Counted from the first letter of the stretch, positions 55,248 to 63,883 are shown. The stretch is DNA of 64,000 nucleotides from Candidatus Saccharimonadota bacterium (GCA_029260855.1 JAJDCK010000014.1:6018-70017), one strand, 5' to 3'. Notes: a model not told the origin generated them from the sequence alone. A program made the numbers and translations.

Positions 55248-56216
55248 ATGGCTGAAGTTAATTGTGAAATACTTAAGCTACTTGAGACCTGTAATATACA
55301 GCCGATGGCAGAAATGCCGCACCACATTTATGAGCCACATACTGAACGGGCCACGGAATCATATAAAGCTTTGAATTTAACTGTGGTTGATAATCTGCAC
55401 GAAATTGCAGAACAAGCACCTGACGGCGAAGATAATAGGTCTGCGCGCAATTTCTATGAGACCGCCGTACTGCTCGCCAATCGTGGTCTATTAAGATATG
55501 TTCTAGATGGCCCAATCGGCAACACATACAAAATCAAGCAACTAGACGTGCAGCGTACACATGAAGAACTTGACCAATTGCCGGCGCTTGACCGTGACGA
55601 TCTCTTGCAGTGGTGTTGCTGGACACTCATTCAGAAATCGTTGAGTTGGGAGTCAGGAAAGGGGTCTAGCTTTTTTAACTACGAAAGGCGCTGGTTGGAG
55701 CAAACCGCCAGACGAACTATTGACAACGAGGGCCGTACAATAAAGTTGCCGGTTCAAGTTTTAGAGATGGTGCGCGAATATGAACGATCAGGCGCCTACC
55801 ACGAACGGCTGTATTATCTAGACAGGCTTATGATTAAAGATGGGACTAGCTATTTTCCGGAAACGGTACCTCTGAATCTACGAGCGGATATTACTGAATC
55901 GGAAAGCGATGACAGTCCTATAGATGAGGGACACTTGCCTCTCGTCCCTGATATCCCGCATAGCTCACATCCAATTACCGCTGATCAGTTTGAACAGGTT
56001 GAATCTACAGCCATGGTAGCTCAATTACTTAAAGACGTTGGTGCGCGAGCAAGACAAGTTATGGAGTTGCGCTACGGACTTACCGGGCGTAAACCGATGG
56101 CTTACGATGCCATTGCACAAGAACTAGGCATCCACACACAGACAGTAGTCAGGATAGAAAACCGTACCCTACAAGCGCTGCGCGCACGTTATGCATGCTC
56201 CAGCGTGTCACTATAG
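55248..56216 (+). CDS. divergent sigma-70-family RNA polymerase sigma factor
   Basis: Region 2-like FFNYERRWLEQTARRTI....RTIKLPV. Region 4 VMELRYGL....MAYDAIAQELGIHTQTVVRIENRTLQALR. Confidence 0.7.
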   Translation: MAEVNCEILKLLETCNIQPMAEMPHHIYEPHTERATESYKALNLTVVDNLHEIAEQAPDGEDNRSARNFYETAVLLANRGLLRYVLDGPIGNTYKIKQLDVQRTHEELDQLPALDRDDLLQWCCWTLIQKSLSWESGKGSSFFNYERRWLEQTARRTIDNEGRTIKLPVQVLEMVREYERSGAYHERLYYLDRLMIKDGTSYFPETVPLNLRADITESESDDSPIDEGHLPLVPDIPHSSHPITADQFEQVESTAMVAQLLKDVGARARQVMELRYGLTGRKPMAYDAIAQELGIHTQTVVRIENRTLQALRARYACSSVSL

Positions 56217-56257
56217 GACTTCAATTTCAACGGATCAAAAACGCAGAGCAGCTTAAA

Positions 56258-56863
56258 CTAAAGTACGGTGCGACCTTCTAGGGCGCGTCCAAGCGTTATC
56301 TGGTCGGCATACTCCAGGTCCACGCCGACGGGCAGGCCCCTGGCTAAGCGTGTGACTTTGACCTTACGTTTGCCTATCTGCTGCTGGATATATAGTGCCG
56401 TGGATTCGCCCTCTACACTGGCGTTTGTTGCAAGAATGACCTCCTGCACTTTATCCTCGTCAATACGGTGTATAAGCTGTTTGATGTGGAGTTGTTCGGG
56501 CGTGATTCCGTCTATTGGAGAGACCAACCCGCCTAGTACGTGATACGTTCCTTTGTATTGGCTGGTTTTTTCAATTGCCACAATATCGAATGGTTCAGCT
56601 ACAACTGCAATCAAAGTCTTGTCACGGCCTGGGTCTGTGTAAAGATCGGATATTTCCTTGCCCTTTTCAACCAAAGCAAATGTTTTTTGGCAATACCCCA
56701 CGCCGTCACGCATCTTTTCAATAGAACTGTATAGTTCATGCGATACGGCCGGCTCTGCTTTTAATAAAAAATACGCGTATCTTTCGGCGGTACGTGGCCC
56801 AACGCCGGGCAAATTTCCAAACGCCTCAATTAAGGAGATTAAAGCTGGAGGTAACAATTGCAT
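56258..56863 (-). CDS. recR: recombination protein RecR (zinc-finger cysteines mostly absent)
   Basis: LI..F..LPGVGP.TAER.A..LL, Toprim region VVAEP.D..AIE.T..Y.G.YHVLGG..SP..G, ATN...EGE.TA.Y. Confidence 0.9.
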   Translation of the reverse strand: MQLLPPALISLIEAFGNLPGVGPRTAERYAYFLLKAEPAVSHELYSSIEKMRDGVGYCQKTFALVEKGKEISDLYTDPGRDKTLIAVVAEPFDIVAIEKTSQYKGTYHVLGGLVSPIDGITPEQLHIKQLIHRIDEDKVQEVILATNASVEGESTALYIQQQIGKRKVKVTRLARGLPVGVDLEYADQITLGRALEGRTVL

Positions 56864-56878
56864 ATCTGTGTAAAATTC

Positions 56879-57172
56879 TTATAGACCTAGGCTGCCGAGC
56901 ATGCCCATCATTGGCTGCATTTTTTCAGCTGCTACCTTTTGGCTCTCCTGGATAGCTTCCTTGACCGCGTCCTCAACCCAGCGCTCAAGTTGCCCAATGT
57001 CGTTAAGATCTACAGATGTAGGGTCAATATGGATCTTTTTGATCTTTTGTTCGCCAGTAATTTCTACTTTGACTGCGCCATCACCTTTTTCAATAGTAAT
57101 AACCATTTTTTGCAGCTCTTTCTGCAGCTTCTTTACTTTTAGTAGCATTTTAGCCTGATCAAACTTATTCAT
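56879..57172 (-). CDS. ybaB: YbaB/EbfC nucleoid-associated protein
   Basis: 97 aa. Typical MLKVKKLQKELQK....E...G.GAVKVE..G..KI..I.I.P. Located between dnaX-side genes and recR. Confidence 0.85.
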   Translation of the reverse strand: MNKFDQAKMLLKVKKLQKELQKMVITIEKGDGAVKVEITGEQKIKKIHIDPTSVDLNDIGQLERWVEDAVKEAIQESQKVAAEKMQPMMGMLGSLGL

Positions 57173-57212
57173 TAGTAAACTCCTTAACTTCTTAACTAAT
57201 TATAACAGATCA

Positions 57213-58400
57213 TCAGGGCTGGTGGCTAAACGACGCCTTAGTATCCGGAACATTAGGCCAAGCTACAAAATAGTGGCTTAGGTGATATCCGGCTGATAGC
57301 AAGACCGTGGAAGATATTAGCACTACCCCTAGCGCTCGTGCTACCGGGTTTCGCGGAAAAACCGTAAACCATTGCTGCAGTAATAATGCGATGCCACCAG
57401 AAGCCAGAATATACACAATCGGCAAAAGAAGCGTGATGGCAACCGGCCCATCAAGCGCCACTAACAGTATGGATATTGCTCCGGCCCCAAACAACAGCCT
57501 GGTCCGATCTAGCCCTAGCTTAAAATAGAATACGAAAATACCAAGTAGTACCATGCAGGAAGTAAACACATCAAGCAGCGGTAGGTGTCCAATACTATAG
57601 ACCGGATCTGCAGCGCCTCTTATGAACAATTCCCTGGGAATGGATACTAAGTTTGACAAGTACGCTAACGGCCTTGGCCATGTTTCCGGAAAGCCCAGCC
57701 AAGAGTTTATCAACCCAGTGTCAAGTGCAAAAGCCCAGACAAGCGGAGCAAGAGCAAGTACAGAAACCAGCACCGTGCCTACCTGTTGCGCCGCACTAAG
57801 CCGCTTAAAAACACGCTTTACTAGTCGCCTTCGCCAAATAAATATCAAAAACACAAACCAAATCATCCCAGGCGTATAAAGCATTAGTATGCCCGAAATC
57901 AGTGTTAAGACAGGGGCAAACATCATAAACTTATCTCTGTGCATCCAAACACTACCGACCAGCAACAGTAGTGGCATAAGAAAGTTAATCTCCGGTGTCG
58001 CTAATCTTGAAAAATGCAGCTGCCAACTTGATGTTGCGAATAAGAATGCGCCGAGCACAGCAACACGAGTTGTGTACCAGTTTTTGAGTACTATGTACAT
58101 ACAGACAATTGCGGTAAGGCCCATGAGCACACTTGGAGCTCTCATGGCCGCGGGGCCTTTGTGATCAAGTTTTTGCAGTATGAACTGCCCAACTTTTTGA
58201 TGTAAATGAAGGGGGTTGCTGACTATAGATGTCGTCGTAGCCGTATGTGCTCTTTGTTGAAGTTCGGCTTCCGTGAAGCCTGGTGTTATTGTGCCCAAAC
58301 GAAAAGTTAGTAGTAGTACCAGCGTCGCCAAACAGCATATTGACACGAGCATTGGTCGCCAAAAATCTTCAACTGGCAGTAAGTTAAAACTTTTTTTCAT
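57213..58400 (-). CDS. polytopic membrane protein (possible GT-C-type glycosyltransferase)
   Basis: About 11 TM. General resemblance to ArnT/PMT-like proteins only. Confidence 0.6.
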   Translation of the reverse strand: MKKSFNLLPVEDFWRPMLVSICCLATLVLLLTFRLGTITPGFTEAELQQRAHTATTTSIVSNPLHLHQKVGQFILQKLDHKGPAAMRAPSVLMGLTAIVCMYIVLKNWYTTRVAVLGAFLFATSSWQLHFSRLATPEINFLMPLLLLVGSVWMHRDKFMMFAPVLTLISGILMLYTPGMIWFVFLIFIWRRRLVKRVFKRLSAAQQVGTVLVSVLALAPLVWAFALDTGLINSWLGFPETWPRPLAYLSNLVSIPRELFIRGAADPVYSIGHLPLLDVFTSCMVLLGIFVFYFKLGLDRTRLLFGAGAISILLVALDGPVAITLLLPIVYILASGGIALLLQQWFTVFPRNPVARALGVVLISSTVLLSAGYHLSHYFVAWPNVPDTKASFSHQP

Positions 58401-58496
58401 AAGAATTAACTATAAGTATACCTCAATCTAAGGCAGTATGGCTTGTTCGGTGTTGTGACTGGACAAAGACCCAACGATAAGGTCTGGCACGACAAG

Positions 58497-59864
58497 CTAA
58501 GAGTCAAATGCTGATTGGTGCTTGGTGTCTAGGCTGCGGAAACGTTGTTTGTCGCGCTCAAAGTAAAGCTCTACGGCTCCGGTAGGGCCGTTCCTATGCT
58601 TTTTAATCAGAATGTCAGTAATATTCTTTCGATCTGTTTCAGGGTTGTAGTACTCTTCTCTATAGATAAACGCTACCACGTCAGCGTCCTGTTCTATTGA
58701 TCCGGACTCTCTAAGGTCGGCTAGTTGTGGAATTTGAGGGCTGCGGCTTTCAACCGAACGGCTCAACTGGCTAAGTGCCAAGAGGGGTACGTTGAGTTCT
58801 CGGGCTATACCCTTGAGTCCCCTGGATATTTCGGAAATTTCTTGTACACGGTTGCCTTCACCGCCAAATTTGGTACCACCACTCATTAACTGCAAATAAT
58901 CTACTATAACTAATCCAAGTTCTCGCTGATGAGCTTCGCGTCTGGCTTTGGTCCGCAAATCGCTAACAGTAATCGATGGACTATCGTCAATAAATATTTG
59001 AGCTTCCGATAGCGTGCCCATGGCGTGGCCGATTTTCTCAAAATCAGTATCAGTAAGGTTTCCGGTTCTTAGAGCCCAAGCGTCTACTCCTGATTCCATT
59101 GCGAGCATACGGTCTACAAGTTGCTCTTTGCTCATTTCTAGGCTGAAGATTAATACTGGCATATTGGCTTTGACAGCAACGTTATGGGCAAGGTTTAGGG
59201 CCAAGGCGGTCTTTCCCATAGAAGGACGAGCAGCGAGAACGAACAGGTCGGCGCGTTGTAGGCCAGCCAGCATGTTGTCCATGTCCTTGAAGCCAGTCGG
59301 AACACCCCTAATCTTGCCTTTATCTTTATGCAGCTCATCCAGTCTGTCAAAACTTTCGCTTAGAATGGTTTCTAAGCTGGTCACGTCCTGCTTCAGGTGT
59401 CGTTGGCTTACTTCAAATAGCTTTGCCTCAGCCTCCTCGACTAGCTCTTGCATGCTTTTGCTCTCATTGTGGCCGAGACCAACCATGTCCTGTGAGGCCC
59501 GTATTAATCTTCGTCGCATAGCTTTTTCTGCGACTATGGCTGCGTATTGTTCGCTGTGAGCTGCAGTTGGAACGAAATTAGTTAATTCAGTCAGGTAAGA
59601 TGCCCCGCCTACCATCTCTAGAAATCCGGCCCCCTTCAATTGATCAGCTAGCGTTAAAACATCGATCGGGCTGTGTTTGTCGTATAAAGCACGCATGGCT
59701 TCATATATGCGTGCATGGCGTTCGTCATAAAAATCTTGAGTGTGTATAGTGTCTGCTACCTTAACAATCGCATCAACATCAAGTAATACCGAACCAAGTA
59801 AACTGGCCTCTGCCTCTAGGTTTTGAGGGGGTACATTGATGGTAGAAGGGTTTTTATCGCTCAT
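58497..59864 (-). CDS. dnaB: replicative DNA helicase DnaB
   Basis: PPQNLEAE.SLLGS.L, GARPSMGKTALALN, IVDYLQLM, SQLSR..E.R. Confidence 0.97.
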   Translation of the reverse strand: MSDKNPSTINVPPQNLEAEASLLGSVLLDVDAIVKVADTIHTQDFYDERHARIYEAMRALYDKHSPIDVLTLADQLKGAGFLEMVGGASYLTELTNFVPTAAHSEQYAAIVAEKAMRRRLIRASQDMVGLGHNESKSMQELVEEAEAKLFEVSQRHLKQDVTSLETILSESFDRLDELHKDKGKIRGVPTGFKDMDNMLAGLQRADLFVLAARPSMGKTALALNLAHNVAVKANMPVLIFSLEMSKEQLVDRMLAMESGVDAWALRTGNLTDTDFEKIGHAMGTLSEAQIFIDDSPSITVSDLRTKARREAHQRELGLVIVDYLQLMSGGTKFGGEGNRVQEISEISRGLKGIARELNVPLLALSQLSRSVESRSPQIPQLADLRESGSIEQDADVVAFIYREEYYNPETDRKNITDILIKKHRNGPTGAVELYFERDKQRFRSLDTKHQSAFDS

Positions 59865-59871
59865 CTAATAA

Positions 59872-61317
59872 TTACTCTAGCACTTCGCCGCCACCGAAGA
59901 TATTGCTAATGCTATCAAATGTATCATCATTAGTTTTCTCAGATGCCACTTGTGGCCTGGGGTTATAGAAGTTTGTCGGTTTATACTTTGGGTCTAGTTC
60001 GCATTTGACAACAACCGCAGTACCAGCCAGTTCACCAACAATATCTGAGACTATCTGCTTGTTTCGTACTTCGTCAAGCCGTTTTTGATGAAAAGGAAAA
60101 CTAACAACCAAAGTCAGCTCGTTGTCAGAAAACCTAGGGCCAGCAATGCGCGCAATGCCGTATAAAGTATTATATTTGAGTTTCAATTTCTGTAGCGCTT
60201 TATGCCAGAGATCCTCGTCCAAAATTATACTAGACTTTGCTTGCGATTTGACGGGGTGAATAGTCACAGTATCCTTGGGGTTGGACTTGTTTGGCTTTGC
60301 GTCAATTTTGGCTTCAGTAGAATTATGTTGGGCGGGAAGTTGTGTAGCTTGTGTGTTAGTTGGAGCTGCCACACTTAGCAATATTATCTCTAATAAACTG
60401 TCCGGATCGTGGGATGTCGGTACTTCTAGGAGCTGTTTAAGTAGTTCTGTATCTACAGAATGCTCGATAATATATCTGTCTTCAATAATACATGTTCGCA
60501 GATACTGGGATAGCTGCTTCGCCACCTGAGTAGCCAGCAGGCCCTGAGCCTTTAGCTGACCCAGCTTTTGTACTAACCGCTTTTTGTCCCCTGTTCCAAG
60601 TGTTGCAGTAATATCCTTTGTGACAGATAAGGGCGGGATCCCCAAAAGTCTTTGTATATCCTCGCTTGTCACGTGCGAACCAACCCCTCGAACTTGGTCT
60701 AGCAAGCCGATGCTATCACGGAAGGAGCCTCCTCCATGAGAAGCAATCATTTGTAAGGCTTCATCATCTATGCTGATCTTTTCTGATTTAGCTATGGACT
60801 TAAGGTGAGTAACCACTTTCTCTGTCTCTACCGGCTTGAAAATAAAGCGTTGAGTACGACTTATTATTGTCTCCGGCAGTTTATGTGCCTCGGTTGTGGC
60901 GAGTATGAATATTGCATGAGCTGGCGGTTCTTCAAGTGTTTTGAGCAGTGCGTTAAAAGCTTCTTTCGTCAGCATGTGCACCTCGTCAATGATATAAACC
61001 TTATACTTAGCGCTGGACGGGGCTACATGCACGCGTTCGCGAAGTTCGCGAATCTCGTCAATTCGGCGGTTACTAGCGGCATCAATTTCTATAACATCTA
61101 AGTGCGTAGCTTCGTCGTCATAGCTTAGTCCGTTTACGGCGTGTGCAAGTATACGAGCCACGGATGTTTTGCCTGTGCCGCGCGGGCCAGTAAAAAGATA
61201 GGCGTGACCAATATTGCCACTCTTGAGGGTGTTCTTTAGTGTCGTTGTGATATGGTCTTGTCCGACCACTTCTTCAACGGATCTCGGCCGGTACTTTCGA
61301 TATAATGCCTGTCCCAT
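59872..61317 (-). CDS. dnaX: DNA polymerase III subunit gamma/tau
   Basis: LYRKYRP..F.EVVGQ, GPRGTGKTS.ARI, IIDEVHML, SRTQRF.F. Confidence 0.95.
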   Translation of the reverse strand: MGQALYRKYRPRSVEEVVGQDHITTTLKNTLKSGNIGHAYLFTGPRGTGKTSVARILAHAVNGLSYDDEATHLDVIEIDAASNRRIDEIRELRERVHVAPSSAKYKVYIIDEVHMLTKEAFNALLKTLEEPPAHAIFILATTEAHKLPETIISRTQRFIFKPVETEKVVTHLKSIAKSEKISIDDEALQMIASHGGGSFRDSIGLLDQVRGVGSHVTSEDIQRLLGIPPLSVTKDITATLGTGDKKRLVQKLGQLKAQGLLATQVAKQLSQYLRTCIIEDRYIIEHSVDTELLKQLLEVPTSHDPDSLLEIILLSVAAPTNTQATQLPAQHNSTEAKIDAKPNKSNPKDTVTIHPVKSQAKSSIILDEDLWHKALQKLKLKYNTLYGIARIAGPRFSDNELTLVVSFPFHQKRLDEVRNKQIVSDIVGELAGTAVVVKCELDPKYKPTNFYNPRPQVASEKTNDDTFDSISNIFGGGEVLE

Positions 61318-61443
61318 ATAATATTCTTATTATACTGTAGTAGCGGCGCAACAGATGTTGTTGATTTTTAACGGCAGAACCTTGTCGGTGGAATGATGTC
61401 TCGTAGCAACGTTCAAACACTCACCTACTGCCTGATTTGTCGT

Positions 61444-61953
61444 CTATAAGGCAGCTTCAAGAGCAGCCCACTCGGCGGCGGAGTCATCTTCTGGAACGTT
61501 AACGCTTACTTGATCTCCCGGCTTAGCTTTGAAATACGTCACACTAGCCAACAATACCCTAAGCTTCTTTTTGTTGACCTCTACGTAATAATGGCCGTTT
61601 TCTTGAGTTAATACTCCTACAAGCTGCTTTCTGGGGATCGGCCCGATCTGCTTATACATGAAAGCGCCATCATCGGCTATAGTTAACTTCAATATGTCGC
61701 CTTGGACAAGTTTTGACTTACTGGCGTAGTTAGCTGGTACGGGGTAGGTCTTGCCGTCGGAGCCGACCATTGTTTGCCCGTCAAACACGCCCTCAACAAC
61801 TTTACCTAGCGGCTCGTCCGCCAATGCGCCGCTAATAATAGGGTCTTCTCCTACTAGACTAATCAGCAGCTCTTTCGCCGCCGCCAGTCCTGTTTCAGCT
61901 TCTTGTATTAGTGTCTTTAGACGTTTTATCTGTTTATCTGGTACTTCTGCCAT
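61444..61953 (-). CDS. hypothetical protein
   Basis: 169-aa ORF between rplL and dnaX. No recognised motif. Confidence 0.65.
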   Translation of the reverse strand: MAEVPDKQIKRLKTLIQEAETGLAAAKELLISLVGEDPIISGALADEPLGKVVEGVFDGQTMVGSDGKTYPVPANYASKSKLVQGDILKLTIADDGAFMYKQIGPIPRKQLVGVLTQENGHYYVEVNKKKLRVLLASVTYFKAKPGDQVSVNVPEDDSAAEWAALEAAL

Positions 61954-62104
61954 CTCCGTAGCCTCTCCGTAAGTGTTTGTTTGCTACACTTCTTCCCTAA
62001 AACTATCATGTTTACTATGTCAAGTCAAAATCACAATCTTCATTTGTGGATAAGTGTCGTATAGGGCACGGAACTTGAGTATTGTGTAAGTTCCGGAGAA
62101 GAAG

Positions 62105-62137
62105 GCTAAAACTACCCGGCGTTCAGGTAGTTTTAGC
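62105..62137 (-). terminator. 12-bp hairpin after rplL
   Basis: GCTAAAACTACC-N9-GGTAGTTTTAGC. The downstream tract is C/U-rich rather than a clean U run. Confidence 0.5.
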
Positions 62138-62156
62138 AAACTGTATTTAGTTAATT

Positions 62157-62537
62157 TTAAGCTAGCTCAACTGTTGCGCCAGCTTCTTCCAGTGTCTTTT
62201 TGGCCGTTTCAGCGTCCTCTTTCTTAGCTTTTTCAAGCACGGTTTTAGGCGCGCCGTCTACAATAGCTTTAGCTTCACCAAGGCCAAGACCGGTAATATC
62301 CTTGACTGCCTTGATGACCGCTACTTTTTGGGCGCCCGCGTCTTTCAAGACGACATCATATTCGCTCTTAGCTTCTTCTGCGGGGGCCGCATCACCACCA
62401 CCGGCAGGACCGGCTACGGCTACAGCAGCTGCAGCTGGCTCGATGCCATACTCGTCTTTTAGTATTGTCTTTAGTTCGTTTACTTCGAGAACAGTCAAGC
62501 TTGTAAGCTGTTCTGCTATCTTCTTTAAGTCGGCCAT
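62157..62537 (-). CDS. rplL: 50S ribosomal protein L7/L12
   Basis: Typical N-terminal dimerisation helix, Ala/Gly/Pro hinge, and C-terminal domain KI.VIK.V...TGLGL.EAK..V...P. Confidence 0.97.
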   Translation of the reverse strand: MADLKKIAEQLTSLTVLEVNELKTILKDEYGIEPAAAAVAVAGPAGGGDAAPAEEAKSEYDVVLKDAGAQKVAVIKAVKDITGLGLGEAKAIVDGAPKTVLEKAKKEDAETAKKTLEEAGATVELA

Positions 62538-62558
62538 ATAATTAATTCCCTTTCTTAT

Positions 62559-63083
62559 TTAACTAGTTGCTTTTGCTTCAATGCCATCAAGAAGCGCATG
62601 TAAATTACCTGATAAACCGCTGACAACGTCATTTATAGGTGATGTCAGAGTAGCCATAACTTGGGCAATAAGCTGGTCTTTGTTCGGTAGATTAGCGAGC
62701 GCCTTAACTTCATCGGCAGCAATAAACTTGCCATCTGCTGCTAATGCTCCAACAAACTCGATCGTTGGCTGTGTCTTGGCAAATGCCGCGAGCGTCTGCG
62801 CCGGAGCTACTTCATCCTCGGCGTTAAAAGCATACAGTAACATCCCTGTTAGGGCGCTTGCATCGGTCTCTTTCAGCGCATCGGTGCGCTTCATCGCCTG
62901 GATGACTAGACGATTCTTGACCACCTTAATAGTGGTACCATTGTTTCGTCCGCTGCTACGTAACGACTGCAAGGCCTTCACGGGCGTGCCCTGATAGGCG
63001 GCTACTACGGTCATCTTGGAGGTGTTCAGCAAATCGCTGACTTCCTGTACTACCTGATTTTTCTTATCTTTGGTTAATGCCAT
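62559..63083 (-). CDS. rplJ: 50S ribosomal protein L10
   Basis: Position upstream of rplL. V..Y.G..V..L..LR. pattern. Confidence 0.93.
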   Translation of the reverse strand: MALTKDKKNQVVQEVSDLLNTSKMTVVAAYQGTPVKALQSLRSSGRNNGTTIKVVKNRLVIQAMKRTDALKETDASALTGMLLYAFNAEDEVAPAQTLAAFAKTQPTIEFVGALAADGKFIAADEVKALANLPNKDQLIAQVMATLTSPINDVVSGLSGNLHALLDGIEAKATS

Positions 63084-63302
63084 TGGTATCCCTTTGTAAG
63101 TTCATTTGTGGCAACTATCGACCTGTAGTTGACTCGTTAGTACCAAAAAAGCTTCTTGTTACCAAGAAGCTTTTTAAAGAGTGCTTAAAAACAAAATAAT
63201 AAGTTTTTTCGCACCTAGGCGACTTTATCAAGGTTTCCCCGTCGCTGTCTTTGGTAACTTTTAAAGTCTAACAGATTAAACATGCTCAGTCAACTGGTTG
63301 GA
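63084..63302 (-). promoter_or_regulatory. rplJ leader with an internal intrinsic terminator (attenuator-like)
   Basis: Minus-strand RNA AAAAAGCUUCUUG-GUAA-CAAGAAGCUUUUUU (63145-63175), about 60 nt before the rplJ ATG. Upstream GUUACCAA can pair with UUGGUAAC at the hairpin apex. Confidence 0.45.
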
Positions 63303-63530
63303 TCAAACGACGCCACAAGTCCAAAATTCATTAGGAACGTGTCGTTTGGCAGGATCCGCGACGAATGGCTCGGTGCCATCATAGGGGATAACTACTACGG
63401 TGGCTAAGAACAAACGTTGTACAGCTTCCTGTGGCACTTCCTTGCCACCTGGTGTACGTGTGACACGCGGGCTACGCTCTTCAGTATTAAAAGGCACCTC
63501 ACCTTGACTTGAGTCCGGGTTAACACTCAT
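63303..63530 (-). CDS. 75-aa hypothetical protein
   Basis: AAGGAGA SD 5 nt before the ATG. No recognised motif. Confidence 0.55.
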   Translation of the reverse strand: MSVNPDSSQGEVPFNTEERSPRVTRTPGGKEVPQEAVQRLFLATVVVIPYDGTEPFVADPAKRHVPNEFWTCGVV

Positions 63531-63540
63531 TTCATTCTCC

Positions 63541-63645
63541 TTAAATTAAATTAATCAGGCTTTTGTTGAAGCCTGATTAATTTGGGGCTGTGCTGATCCT
63601 GCTCAATAAGCAGGATAGGCTTCAACCGTGTTGAAGCACAGCCCT
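63541..63645 (-). promoter_or_regulatory. riboswitch/attenuator-like leader: three-way junction followed by a terminator, with an alternative antiterminator pairing
   Basis: Minus-strand RNA elements: P1 GGGCUGUGC/GCACAGCCC, P2 UUCAAC-ACG-GUUGAA, P3 AUCCUGC-UUAUUGA-GCAGGAU, then a 12-bp terminator UUAAUCAGGCUU-CAACAA-AAGCCUGAUUAA followed by UUUAAUUU. GUUGAAGCCU (P2 3' arm) is perfectly complementary to AGGCUUCAAC in the terminator 5' arm/loop. Confidence 0.55.
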
Positions 63646-63883
63646 GTTAGGCCTAGGAGTCGCTGCAGGTTGTGCTTATGATTGAAATGCATATTACGAC
63701 CAGGTTACCATTGGTCCGCTGGCTTGACAAGGCCTCTACCAAGGCGTAGGTTAGTAATCGTGATTAGCAAAATCCAATCTAGAATCAGTAAATATTTCTT
63801 TCCGCCCATGATGATCAAGGTATTTATTAAGATTAAATAGGTTGGTGCGCCGTTTTTCATACAAAGTAAACAATAAATGGTAA

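Noticed and set aside
59014-59559. Long antisense ORFs inside conserved genes. These include 59014..59559 in dnaB, 62200..62541 in rplL and 62581..62994 in rplJ. Others are 43393..43941 in the mgtE-like gene, 42052..42591 in mscS, 24269..24600 in atpF, and 26389..26956 in atpA/atpG.
   Set aside because: They are shadow ORFs opposite strongly supported genes, with low-complexity Ser/Arg/Ala-rich translations and no initiation signals.
61318-61443. Possible SRP (4.5S/scRNA) gene upstream of dnaX, as in the Firmicute scr-dnaX-ybaB-recR arrangement.
   Set aside because: A GGCAG...CUGCC stem exists, but the conserved domain IV motifs (GGAA tetraloop context, AGCAGC/GGAAG symmetric loop) are absent on both strands.
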